From Epiperipatus broadwayi (taxonomy: Eukaryota; Animalia; Onychophora): a DNA stretch of 64,000 nt. Made by a program: the position numbers and the translations under genes. Of the stretch, positions 50,296 through 63,039 are shown piece by piece (position 1 is the stretch's first letter; every line of letters begins with the position of its first letter). Location of the stretch: contig JAQFVV010000004.1 in the NCBI GenBank assembly GCA_028023455.1, forward strand, positions 26,846,001 through 26,910,000. Reading direction: 5' to 3'. The notes under the pieces are model-generated. The model worked only from the letters and a program-made list of their open reading frames with translations, was not told the origin of the DNA and searched no databases.

Positions 50296-50967
50296 TTAAG
50301 CTTCACAGACCTCCGTATTTTTCCTAACCATGAATATTTTTTTTTTACGCTTTCTCTTTGATTTAAATCTACGTTTAAAACAAATACGAACCTTTACATT
50401 AACCTTTTTAAATTTTTGTGAAAACTTTTCTACGCTATTTTTTAACTTGAACTTATGTCTCTCTTCTATTTCTTGATCTATTTTTTTCTCTGTGTTAACA
50501 CTATCCCGTTCTGCTTTACTTTCTATTTCAGTCTGTAGGCTATTTTGACTACGATTTATTTGATTTACTTTTACAGGTAAATTTGTAACTTCAACTTTTA
50601 TTTCTTCAATTATTTTTCTATCTTCTATCTTATTTTTTTCTATTGCTTGGTAAGCAGTCTCTATTTTATTCTCTAGTTGTGTTTTAATTTCAACTATTTC
50701 TTCCCTAATTTCTTCTTTTATTTTATTCTGGCCCATTTCGATCAGGTCCTTTAACATTTCAAGCATTTCCGCTTCCCCTTCCAATTTACTCTTCATTTCA
50801 TTATTTTGGTTTTTAAGCTCTTCGGCTATTTTTTTATATTCTTCTGCTGTTTCTTTTTGTTTTTCGAACATGCACATTAATAAAGCTATGATTTCTCTTT
50901 TTCCCTTGTTGGGAATATTTTCTATATTTTTACCTTGAGCCTCCATTTTGGCTTTATTTCTTAACAT
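50296..50967 (-). CDS. 223-aa E/K-rich coiled-coil ORF (gag N-terminus-like) of the non-autonomous LTR element
   Basis: Longest ORF in the window, lying about 360 nt downstream of the PBS (gag position). Heptad-like charged composition and basic C-terminal tail; no capsid or zinc-knuckle motif seen. Confidence 0.6.
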   Translation of the reverse strand: MLRNKAKMEAQGKNIENIPNKGKREIIALLMCMFEKQKETAEEYKKIAEELKNQNNEMKSKLEGEAEMLEMLKDLIEMGQNKIKEEIREEIVEIKTQLENKIETAYQAIEKNKIEDRKIIEEIKVEVTNLPVKVNQINRSQNSLQTEIESKAERDSVNTEKKIDQEIEERHKFKLKNSVEKFSQKFKKVNVKVRICFKRRFKSKRKRKKKIFMVRKNTEVCEA

Positions 50968-51330
50968 TTATAATTTTAAACACTTTTTATCATTATTTTT
51001 GACACCGTATTTTATTTTAATAAGTTTACTAATTTCTATTTTATCGATTTCTTTCTAACTGGAAATAGACGCTGACTCCGCTCTCCTTTGTCCGTTTATC
51101 CTACCCGATCTTAATGCTTTAACTCCGCCCAAACACCCAACTGTCATTTATTTAACAGAACGTAAATAGCACAAAATCTCTTTTCATTTAAAGAAGTAAA
51201 AAAAAATTTCGGTCAATTCTTTTTTTTTATTTTTAATTTAATACACTTTTACCTACGTAATTTAGATTTCTTTAAGGTTTTTATTTTTAAACAAGAAACA
51301 AAGCATTTATTTACTGTTATTTCTTAGGTT

Positions 51331-51355
51331 CAGCCCCAAACGTTGGGTAAAGTCA
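51331..51355 (-). promoter_or_regulatory. Primer-binding site, tRNA-Lys(CUU)-like
   Basis: Minus strand tgactttacccaacgtttggggctg(aacc) compared with tggcgcccaacgtggggctcgaacc; 4 nt from the LTR end. Confidence 0.65.
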
Positions 51356-52923
51356 TTTATGTACCGGGTCGAACCGCTGAAACCACCTACTTATATCTAT
51401 ATATAAGTTTTGGCCGATTTCAAACTCCTTCATAATACATTTATAATATTATAAAGGTTACGTAAACGAACCAGCACGTTCGAGCAAAATGGGAGATCTT
51501 ATTAATAGCTTTAACTATCAACAATGGCCCATCTCGGCTGCTAGATTCAAACCCCTACTATCCAAATACTTTATTTGTTTTGAGGTAAACCCCGGGGCGC
51601 CAGCTAGTCTGAAGACTAACATATTCGGGCAGTAGGCTCATAATCCAGCGCTCAAAACAATTCCCTTAACTAGCCCAGTCTAATTTTAATCAGTAATAAA
51701 ATATTGGTAAGAAGAGATTGATACAAAGAATTGACCGACAGATAAAGTTTAAATTTAAAGACAATTTATGTTAATCAACATTAATTAAGTTTAAAAATTA
51801 TTTACTAACATAAACGCATTATAAACATTTTATAAATCCAATTTTAACACACGCACATTTTTAAATTAACACAGGATAGTATATTTTATGAAAAAAAACA
51901 AAAATAATCTTTGACATTTTAAATTATCTCATATTTGCAAAAATAATAATAAAGCATTTATAGCATTTGAAACTCACGCACACATATCAATAGTTCATCT
52001 TATGTATGATAGAGTTCATATAATTTGAGTCTTAAATATTTACGGATTACAGTGGGGACTACTACGTATAAATGATAATAATAAAATATATACCTAGGAT
52101 TTTTTTCCTTGTCGTTGGCTACTTCTGCTGCTTCTGATGAATTATATCTAACTGGTTAGATTTGGATGTTTCTTGAAGAGATTTTTATGCGAATCCATTT
52201 GTTTTATTTTGAAGACAGTTGAACGCTTGACGGAGGATTTCTGTGTTGTTATGCAGACATTATTTCTCAGGCAGGTTTTGATGATCTTGTTGGACTAAAA
52301 AGGCTGGAGCACAAGTGTATATTTCCAAAAGCTTTTCAGCACTGCATTTCTGTAAACTGACACTGCAAAACTAGACTGAAACTGCAAACTCAAACTGAAT
52401 GTCCGATAAAATCTAGCTATTTATATCTGTGAATTGTTTTTGTTTTTATATCCTTCGGGAATAAGTGCAATAGGTGTTGTCGAAATTCCTTGATAACTAA
52501 TCCTATGACGTGTTTTTTGATTGATTGTTTGATTAGTAGTAGCTATTTTAAAACATGTTGTTTTCATATCTTTAATTAGTAGTCCACCACTGTGTTTTTA
52601 AATACATTTCATTTCAATATTTATTTACTTTTTAATATTATTCTAACATGCAAACTTTTGTTTACATTCGCGCACTAATATAATCTATTATAATAAACTG
52701 GAATGAAAAGAGATTTTTATATTTTTTTAAACTTTTAATTTATAATAATAATACTCTTTAACTTTTATGAAACTCTTAATTTGTTTTTTATAGAAAAACT
52801 CCCTCTCTCCTCTTTAAAGTAATTAATTGTAACTTTCAAATTCTTTTTCCGAAAGATTTTGATAATAATTTTTATACAAAATTATTTTATATACATGTGC
52901 CAATTTGGCATTGGCACAATACA

Positions 52924-53791
52924 CACCTGGGTCTCATTTTACGCGATAGATAGGTTCCTCAGAAAACACGTGCAAACGAAATCGCGCAAAAATAGACATA
53001 ACTTACATTGAAAAGGGGGGGATGTGGTCTGTGATTTTTCAAAATTTGTGTAAAAGCAAAGCACCAATGTAAAATTACTTTAAAATTCGCGCAAAAAAAA
53101 TAAAGAAATAAAATATGACTAATAAAAAATTTCAAATTTGAAATCAAATGATACAAGACAAACTTTTTTAAACTATAATATTTAATTTTATTCAAAATAA
53201 TATATTTTTATGCATAATTTACAGTACAGTAATTTACATTTTTTTATACACGTTTTAATTATTATGATTTTCTGGTGACAACGTAATTAGTAATTAATCT
53301 TTGAGACAATGATTTTATTAATTGTTTACGAAGCTCGCGATATCCAGACATACAACCATTTAGCTCTCGTTGGAATTTAAGAGCACGTTAATGATTAGTG
53401 TCATTAATAAGAAAATAATAATTGATTATGTTCTTTTTTAAAAAGCAAAAACAGAATGTGATTTAAAATGCAAAATTAACACACACAATGTTTGAACAAA
53501 TTTACATTATAATCTTGTAAAATTTAATATGTGTATACATAAAATGTGGAAATCATGATTTTAATTTCATTATTGCATAAAATCTTACTATTATAAAGCA
53601 CTGAAAATATTGAAATTACTAAGATGAAAGTCGAATTCCAATAATGTGCTATTACTTTCAATATAACGTAAGTGCGTGAAATTTATTATTTAAAGTAATA
53701 GCGCATTATTGGAAATCGACTTCCGGTGAAACATGAATCGCGTAACTTCAAAATCATGTTAAATAAGTCCACGTAAAAAGAGACCCAGGTG
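52924..53791. mobile_element. Non-autonomous pogo/Tigger-type element, second copy of the 24126-25331 family
   Basis: cacctgggtctcattttacgcga ... tccacgtaaaaagagacccaggtg|ta. Shares both flanking thirds with copy 1; the central segment differs. Confidence 0.88.
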
Positions 53792-54368
53792 TATATGCGA
53801 ATGGCAAGTCTGTAATTTAATAGTATATGTATATATTACAGATATATATTCATTTTAAAAGATATAGTTTAAGAAATATTTTAGTTTAAATTATTTACCC
53901 AATTTTATTATTATATTACTGAAATCGCATATGTATATAAGCCATTTCCGTTGTTATTCTGCATGTATGGTAATAAAATTAGGTTTCTAATAATTGTCAA
54001 AGCAACTTTTAAATTTTTTTGTAAACAACTTTTAAATTAGGACATGCAATAGTCCTAAAATAGCGTGAACTTGATTTTATAAATCTAAAATGTTAATAAG
54101 AAAATTTGCAGAATTTTATAGCATTGTCACAATAAACAGGAGGAAAAAAAGCAGAAAAACAAAATCTAAATTAGTTGTCATAATTAAAAATGTTTTTGTA
54201 AAATGAAGTAATGGGTTTTTCTACTAGCTTTAGCAATTAAATATGTTTTTCTAAAATAAATAAATGGACCTTTCAGCTGCGGATAAGCTTGTAAAAATAA
54301 ACAGGTGGCCAGAGTTAGAAAGTTATAAATACTTAAAGTTTTGTTGCCAAGGATCGATCATATATATA

Positions 54369-56276
54369 TATAATAAGTGAATTGTAAACAGAACCCATGT
54401 TTGTGTTATCTTCAAAATGGTAGGGTTGGCTGGAAATCGCTCACCGCCTCTCTCCTTGTGGTGAATGGAAAAGAACTTTGGTCCGATAAAATGTAATGCC
54501 ATACCCCAGCAAAGCAGCCCATGGAAAAATCTCCATTAACTTTAAATCATCGCCAAAAGTGTCAACTTATTATCCTCCCAAGTGCCCAGAACTATCTGCA
54601 ATGAAGACAACAGACTGGTAAATTGATAAATTTTCACTCAGAGCTCTGTTCATAAACTGTGACTTTCAATTCTTTCTTTTAAAAGCTAGCTATTTATTAA
54701 ATCTGCCGTTCCCAAACACCTTTCCTAAAATCTGCAAAGAAAACTGTTAAATGCTAATGTTTAAATCTTGTCTGAATGTAAAACTTGTGATATTGAATTC
54801 TCTGTTAAAATGTAAAACTCTAATAATCTATTTTAAACTAAATGTATAATTTTTTGCGGTCTTTTATGCCTGTTTCTAATCATTCCAATTTATTCTATAA
54901 TTTTATCATTTTAATATTATATGTATTTAATATGCCAAATAACTCGAAACTGCGAGTATTTATAAGTATAATTTTAGCTTATCAATCTGCGAAGATAATT
55001 TCAAATCTTCACTATAATAAATATTAAATAATTGAATTATTATTTTTCTCACTCACTGTTTCGAGATCATGTTATTATTTTACTGATTAATTTTGGGTAT
55101 TAATATTCTAATAATCAGTCATTCTCTAGTTAAAATTGTAGTTTGCTTAACTCTAGTTATAAATTATAACTATTTATATATGTAACTCGTACATCATAGG
55201 AACTAGCCACAGAGATATTCTCAAAGCATATTTTAATGTTTTATTCATAATTACCCCTCAAATATGCTTTGTCCTCCTTAGATTTATATATGTTGAGATG
55301 CAGGTGATAATCTTAAACTAGGTTACTAATTAATTTAGTCCCTAAATAGTATATTTGAAATACTAAATTTGAGAACTGGGTTGTATAGATATGCAAATAG
55401 ACGCTATCTATTTTTAAGGCACGCTAATATAATTTTATGTATTTGCATTATATATGTATAAGTTGCGGATGTGTCCTTACTAAGTATGCAATGTACAATT
55501 ATCTGCTTGCTGCATGATTCTTGATGAGTTGCTGGCGGAGGTCACACTTATCCACTTAGTTCGGGTAAAGCACACTCTTTTAGAACTAGGGCACAAGGAC
55601 CTAGATTATTCATAATTAATGCTTATCTGACTCCCTGAACTACTAATGTTCCTATTCATAGCAAGTTGAGCGGTTGTAGGGCAACCGAGCCTTTGAGGCT
55701 GAAGCCCATGAATAATGACCCATTCGCACCTTCTAGCTTTATTAATATTTTAATATGTGCCATAGAGTATATAGGTAAACCTATAATAAACCAGTTTTCT
55801 CTCCCTTTATATTAAATGCTTATCTAGCATCAGTGTATACCCTAATCTAGGTTAACATGCTAACCTGCGTATCTCTGAGCCTAATTATGTGCTCGACTTA
55901 ACTTTGTATAGATAGATGCCATAGGAGCACTATTAAGTTAGTTATATAACTTTGGCTATAAAGTTCCATATGATTTAGCAGACTACACAAGAGCTAGAAA
56001 TTTGGCATATTAATATAGGCATAAACTTAAATACCGCACTACACTTTATTGAACACTTATAATGAGATAATATGTAACATTAATCTCATTAGTTATGCAA
56101 TGCCTGCATGCGTAATCTCTCATGTTCTCATTATATAATTGTGTATATTTTGATTTACTATTTGTTATTGTTTTATTAAATTAATAATATTTAAAATTAT
56201 AACTCGTTTTCATATCTTTATTGTCCGTGAGTTCATTTTATCCAACTCTAGATTTATTTGCACATACATCATTATA
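54369..56276. mobile_element. Unclassified 1.9-kb insertion, possibly a solo LTR
   Basis: Follows an (AT)n run, with termini tataat...attata (possible decayed tgtaat...attaca). More CpG than its flanks and no recognisable coding motif. No clean TSD or second copy. Confidence 0.25.
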
Positions 56277-59125
56277 TCTATATGTAGATCATTCTATTAA
56301 ATTTCATAATCAATCATTGATATATTAATTAATCACTTAGTCATATGTGTGTATATCTGACCAAATCAGTGTTAAATTAGTTAATTTATGAGTCTTTTGT
56401 TTTACCCTGGCTGACTGCCAGACCGTGGTTAAATTGAATGTCTGTGTAAGTTGAGAAGTGTCATCCATAGGGTATTAGAGCATTGAGCAGAGGTGAGAGG
56501 ATTGAACATTGGTCGGATTCTGGATCCCAGCATCCAGATTCGATCAGCTTTAAGGTATTTTGCCTGTGTTCTAGATTTTGTTATGTGGAAGAACAATTCT
56601 TACCATTACAATATTTTACAAATTCTCATAAGTATTCAATTTTTAAAGATCATTTCACAATATCTTTTTTTTTATTCATTGTCTATAACTTCTACAAATT
56701 TATTGTGCACAAACATGTCTAATCTGGTTAATTTTATACCCATTTCCTCAAAAATTCAATGATTTCATTTTGGAAAGTCATATGATATTTGAACACTGGA
56801 AGTGATAGAACTGAGATGTGACAACATGGATCTTCAGTTCTTGAGTATATTAACTTACCACTGCACTAAACCATGTAGATTCTTTATATTATCTTAACTA
56901 TCTAACATTATTTTCACCCATATTCCAACGTTTTCAGTTCCTTTTTTTACTTTTTCTATTAAACATCTACACTACAATGAATGATACGGCATACCAATAA
57001 CTTATTTTCTTAGTCCCAGTTTCAAAACTAATCTTTTTTTTTGTTTATTATAAAAACTTTTTATATTACTTTCTTTTAAATTATCTTTGTTTTATAATAA
57101 TCAGTTTTCTTGGCATTAACAGAACTAACCTAATTATTTGACATCCTAAAATTTTTAGTTTCTATCTATTGTTATTAATATGATGCAATAAACACATCTT
57201 TCCAATGGTCTGATCCTTTCTAATCAAGTTGAATTTCAGATAAAAACATGATTAACTTGTAAGAAAACAATCAGTCCATAACTTTAAACAAATCTGAGCT
57301 ATATATGAAATGTTAGCAATCATCACGATTCCTATGAATTGTTTTTACTCATAATTCATCAATTCAAATGAAATTTCAACTCTTCCATGCTATTTTAAAT
57401 TTTTCTCATAGGCTTTGTCCTTTATAATATATTCTTTATTATTTCCATAAATTATCTCCGTATTAATGCAGTGGTAGACTGGAGGACATTGGGGCTCAAA
57501 CTTTTTATGAATTCTTGACCAATGCACCATTTGATTACTTGTTTGTTCACCTTCATCACTTAAATAATTCAAAATGTATATTTGTCATAGAAATCATGTT
57601 TTTAATAATCTATCTTCACTAGTATAAATTTATTATTTATTAATTTAATTAAAATCTTCTACCTATGCTAATATAATCTGAAATAACTTTAACTTTTGAT
57701 GAAAAAAATAATTTGAGATCAGCATAAAAAGTTTTAAATTTTCTATTCAAAATATGTTTATATATAACTAATATGGAGAGAGCAATAAATTTCTTTATAT
57801 TGTAATAAAAGGATCATCAAGTGTAAAAAAAAAAAAAATCAGATAATAGAGTATTAGGCATATTATAGATTTCACTCTTTGAAGTATACAGTTGTAAAAA
57901 AAAAAAAAAAGATGTTAAGATCATTTTATTTGTTAAAAATGACAAAAAAAGGGGGGGGGGGAGAAACTAAATATGAGCGATTTCAAGCATTAAGCTTTGT
58001 AAGTGATAAATATAATTCTCAATAAATTTATATTAATTACAAGCCATTAAAATTATAAATAATCAGAATTTCAATTTTATCTTCCTATTTTTTACATAAC
58101 TATTAATAGAATGTTAAATCAAGCTTAAAAGTTATTTACTAATAAATTAAGGGTTAACTTTAAAATGTTTTAGAAAATATATAAAACATTTTTATGCTTA
58201 GGTAATTTTAGATATCACATTAACTTATAAATTAAGTTTTTAAAATAATTTTGTGGCTAACATTTGATTACAAATTGTGATTTATATTAATTTTAGTTAG
58301 TATTTCTTTATAATAATAACCAAGTAATATTATTTAAATTTTATTATTTTTTTATTTTAACTTTATAGTACTTATGCAAACTTATTTTTTTCAATAATGC
58401 GAAATATAAATAATAGCCTCTAGAAGGGAAATAAATATATATTACATGTTACATTGCCACAATATTTCTTTTCTTTTTTTTTTTGTGGTTTTGTTTGTTT
58501 CTTAATATTTTATTACTAAAAATCAGATTGGTCAGCAACAATATAACATTACGATCTCAGCTATATCAGTACTGTTGAAATGTTTATATATGATCAATAG
58601 GAGTAGACAGTTGGCATGATAGTGCTGAATAGTAATAATGTGCTTAAAATATATCTTTAGAATAAATTATAGTTTATTAGTTGTTACAATTTGTATGTGT
58701 AGGAATATATATGACTTCATACTTTTTTAAAACTTACAAGATGGATTACATTTTCTTACTTGATTAACTACACACGAAACTATGGCATTGTAAGTATCAG
58801 AAAATTCAAATGATTAAAAAAGAAAAAAAGGGAAAAGTTAAAAAAAGCTATTATCAATAAAATATTATTTTTCTCTAACATTAAATTTTTTAAGAAAATT
58901 GTCAAAATAAAACTTTCTTATAATGTTTCATAAAAATATTTTAAATATTATTTGTATAAAAATAACTGAAAATGCTGAGAAGAGAAATTTGGATTAGAAA
59001 AGTTTCAAAGGAAAAACGAATAAAGAAATAGTTTCAAAGGTCATATTTATAAACTAATTAGAATATTTAAAATAAAATTTAACAAAAGTTCAGTGTGTCA
59101 TATTTCTAAATAAATAAATATATAT

Positions 59126-60898
59126 TGAACCGGGTGGGGTAGTAGATCGAATTGAGTAACAATAAATATAGTATAAAATTTATTCTTTAATAAAATAGAA
59201 ATTTGTGAAAAGCAACATAAACACATTGTTGACTTCTTTTACATATAACATATGATACAATTCTTTATTATAAGTTAGATCTACTCCAATGCAGTTTAAG
59301 TATTGCTCCACACCATCCCCTTAGACAGAGAAGCATAATACCCAGAGGGTACCTGTGACCAAGCCAAAGCTACAGTATATATAAGATACCTAACTATGAC
59401 TACCTTTCAAGGCCTCAGACCTTCTCGGCTGCAAAATTCAACACCTATCATTCAAAGCACTTTTTTGTTTCAGAGTAAACTCCATGCACCAGTTAATTAC
59501 AAGAACTAACATGCCCTGAATGATGCCAAACTAATTCAGCACCTAAGAAATCCCAGATAGCTCAATCAAAAGAATAATATAATAAATTGCTGCTTCAATT
59601 AGTGATATGAGTAAAGAACTGACCAACAAAATATTAATTTCAAAGGTAATTTATTTTAACTAAAATGCTTACTAAAATTTGTAAACTAACTATAAATTTT
59701 TAATTAAATATAAACCATGATTTATATACTAATCTCAGACACACACATATTATAATAAGATATACAATAGTAATATAATTTAACATAAAGCCTTAAAATA
59801 ATTACAAACATTCAAACACACACATAAATAGTTTATTTTATGCAATTATAGAGTTATTTATTAACCGACTCTGGGAGGCTTCCAGATTGCAATGGCTACT
59901 TAAATCAATATCAGAATTGGAATAAAAAAATGTTATTACCTATAGGATTTTTGAACATGGTGGCTTCAAATTATTTACTGCTGCATGTGTGTTTTACCAA
60001 CTGGGTGGATTTTAGGCTTCTGTTGAGGTTCTAATGATTGCTATTCTGTGCTACTTTCTGGTGGCTTCAAATTACTAGACAGGCATTGCTTCTATTAGGT
60101 AGTCTGCTGATGTTATATTGGACTGAAGCTAGAGTTCATTGCATGTAATAAAAACTGCTCAACACTGCCTTATCTTTATTAGCAAATACATATAACAGGT
60201 GATTGGCTCTTAGATACATGAAAAACTGACTCTAGATATGTGTATCACTGACTGACAAAATTTTTGGCCCTATTTATATGATGGCATTGTTGTCATTGCT
60301 AATCCCTTTTGTTTATGGATTTTAATTAGTAGCCAATTGCTAATTCCATTCTTTTATGGAGTTTCTGAGTATATGCAATCTTTGAGGGGAATTTTTAACT
60401 TATAAACTTTCATTTATTTTTTAATATTTAACTTTCATATTCTATTTCGGTAACATGCACACATTTTACTATATATATTTTTTATATTTAAAATCAACTC
60501 ATTTACAAATGAAAGATTTCTTTTTGCTTTTAATTTTTAAGATTTCCTTTTTTTTTCTTCAAATTAAATGAAAGAGAGTATTTTCTAAGTTACATTTTCT
60601 ATCCCCTTTTAATTAATTAATTTGTAACTTTTACTGATAAATGGCGTTTATATGAATAAAACTCTTTAATTCGTAAAACTCTATGAATTATGTGACTTTT
60701 AGCAAACTGTATTTTGTTTTAAACTAAAAAAAAACTCTTCAGATTTTTATAAATTTATTTTAAAGAAAATGTGTTTTAACTCAATTATTGATTGATGACT
60801 TATCAATTATAAAACTTACTGTGTTATTTATGAAAATTTTTTATTTTTAATAATTGTAATTGACAATCGCACGTGGAGCATTCTTCCTGAGTGGTACA
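59126..60898 (-). mobile_element. Solo LTR (1773 bp) related to the LTRs at 24097 and 46586
   Basis: tgaacc...ggtaca with atat/atat TSD. Shares the block ctc.gctgc.a.attcaa...tttt.tttgtt...aaac...gcacc.g.ta (about 59425-59495), and has a minus-strand TATA/TCAGT at about 60250-60275. Confidence 0.8.
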
Positions 60899-61289
60899 AT
60901 ATATATATACATTGACAAGTATAAAAAATATACAAGAAAATAAGGTTTTGATATTATTTATTTTAGTGACTACAGGAGTAACAATTTTGGATATAAGAGA
61001 GTTGATTTTTGACTACAGTTGTGAAATAGCATTGCAGACCTTAATATTATTGATGATGTAACTGATATTTAATTATATATAGAAAACTATTATTTAGAAA
61101 TATTAATTCCAAGTGTGGCTACAAGCTTATTTCAGGTAAATAATTGGGTTCTCATCTGATCCTTCATGTCAGCTGTGGGATGGCGCTATTTCTAACCAAA
61201 AACACATTAATATAATCTTCCTGGGCTAATGATTCTCTATTAATATTGACTTGTTTTTGTTTACAAAGTTTACTTTCTTTGTATCTGAA

Positions 61290-63030
61290 TTATTTTTCCC
61301 AAATAATATTTTTGACAATGGGATAATAATAGTTTTTTTAATTTTTATTGACAAGAGGGTCTTTTTTGGTATGTTCAAATAGTAATTTGTGCTTTTTTAA
61401 AAATAGTATTATTGTTTTTGTAAAATTGGATTGATGAAATTCAAGAGAGAACAGGCTTTTTTGATGGATCTTTAAATAATAATTTATGTTACTTTGATAG
61501 GTTTACATTTGATTGCCGACAACAATTAGTGGGATGGATGTTTTTGTGTACAATTGAATAATAATTTACGTTACTTTTATAGGTTTACATTTGATTGCCG
61601 ACAACAATTATTGGGAGAAATGGTTTTTTTCGTGTGTGTGTGTGTTTAAATAAAAATTTAACTTACTTTTATTGGTTTACATTTGATTGACAACCAATTT
61701 GACTTCCTTTCATTTATAAATTATGGTTTTGGTTCTACAAATAAATATTTTTGACAATGGGACAATAATAGTTGTTCTTCAATTTTTATTGACAAGAGGG
61801 TGTTTTTTGGTGTATGTTCAAATAGTAACTTGGGTTACATTTAAATAATAAGTTACGGTCTTACTTTTATTGGTTTACATTTGATTGACACTAATTATTG
61901 GAATGGGTGTTTTTTTGTGTATGATTGTAGACAACAATTATTGGGAGAAGGGGTGTGACCATTTAAAGAATAGTTTACATTACTTTTAGTGGTTGTGTAC
62001 ATTTGATTGACAATAATTAGTGAGAGGGGTGGGTGTTTTTGGGTGATGATTAAATACTAATTTACGTTCCTTTTATTTTACATTTGATTGCCAACAACAA
62101 TTATTTGGAGAAAGGGGTTGTTTTTTTGTGTATGTTTAAATAAAAATTGAAGTTACTTTTATTTGTTATTAAATAAAAATTGAAGTTACTTTTATTTGTT
62201 ACATTTGATTGACAACTGATTTGACTTTCTTTTTTTTTTTTGTTTATAAATTATGGTTTTGGTTTCCCAAAAACCTAATATTTTTGACAACGGGACAATA
62301 ATAGTTGTTGTTTCTTTCATTTTTATTGACAAGAGGGTCTTTTTTGGTGTATGTTCAAATAGTAATTTGGGTTATGTTTAAAAAATAATTGGTTTACCTT
62401 ACTTTTAGTGCTTTACATTTGATTGCTGACAACAATCAGTGGTAGGGGTGTTTTTGTGTGCAATTAAAGAATAATTTACGTTACTTTTATTTTTTACATT
62501 TGATTGCTGACAACAATTATTGGGAGAAGGGGTTTTGCATTTTTTTGTTGTTTGTGTGTATGTTTAATTCAAAATTTAGGTTACTTTTATTGGTTACCAT
62601 TTCATTGACAACTGATTTGACTTTCTTTTTTTCGTTTATAAATTATTTGGGTTTTCCCAAATAATATTTGGTTTGACAATGGGACAATAATAGTTGTTTC
62701 TTTAATTTTTATTGACAAGAGTGGGTCTTTTTTGGTGTATGTTCAAATAGTAATTTGGGTTATGTTTAACTAATAATTTACAGTCTTTTATTGGTTTACA
62801 TTTGATTGCAGACAACAATTAGTGGGAGGGTTTTTTTTTTTCTATATGATTAAACAATCCTTTTATTTGACCTTTGATTGCCGATGACAACAATTATTGG
62901 GAGAAGCTGGGTTTTTGGGGTTATTTTTAGTTACTTCTTTTATTTTACATTTGATTGCCAACGACAACAATTATTGGGAGAAGGGATGTATGTTTAAATA
63001 AAAATTTAAGTTACTTTTTTATTTTTTAGA
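61290..63030. repeat. Hierarchical AT-rich tandem array with TTGACAA/TTGATTG cores
   Basis: Higher-order anchor tttgacaa(t/c)ggg at 61311, 61750, 62283 and 62672 (spacing 439, 533, 389). ttattgacaagag follows each anchor, and about 13 copies of acatttgattg(cc)gacaac-type subunits lie between anchors. Confidence 0.92.
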
Positions 63031-63039
63031 TTTGACAAA

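Larger units (their letters stand above)
46586..52918 (-). mobile_element. Non-autonomous (pol-less) LTR retroelement, LARD-like
   Basis: LTRs at 46586-48158 and 51360-52918 (7 differences counted in the first 300 bp or so), termini tgtacc...ggcaca, TSD atac/atac. Minus-strand PPT ggagggggg at 48165-48173 and tRNA-Lys-like PBS at 51331-51355. The 3.2-kb interior has no PR/RT/RH/IN motifs. Confidence 0.92.

Noticed and set aside
56470-56552. Exon-like segment with AG/GT ends and ORFs 56483-56762
   Set aside because: It contains a ggattctggat/atccagattcg inverted repeat typical of MITE debris, and no protein motif was recognised.
57390-57572. 60-aa minus-strand ORF with CPPVYHC, a possible terminal exon
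   Set aside because: Weak acceptor and no recognisable homology; the length is compatible with chance.
61290-63030. CRISPR-like appearance of the regularly spaced acatttgattg..gacaac motif
   Set aside because: Intervening sequences are homologous to each other, the repeats are degenerate and irregular, there are no cas genes, and the context is eukaryotic.
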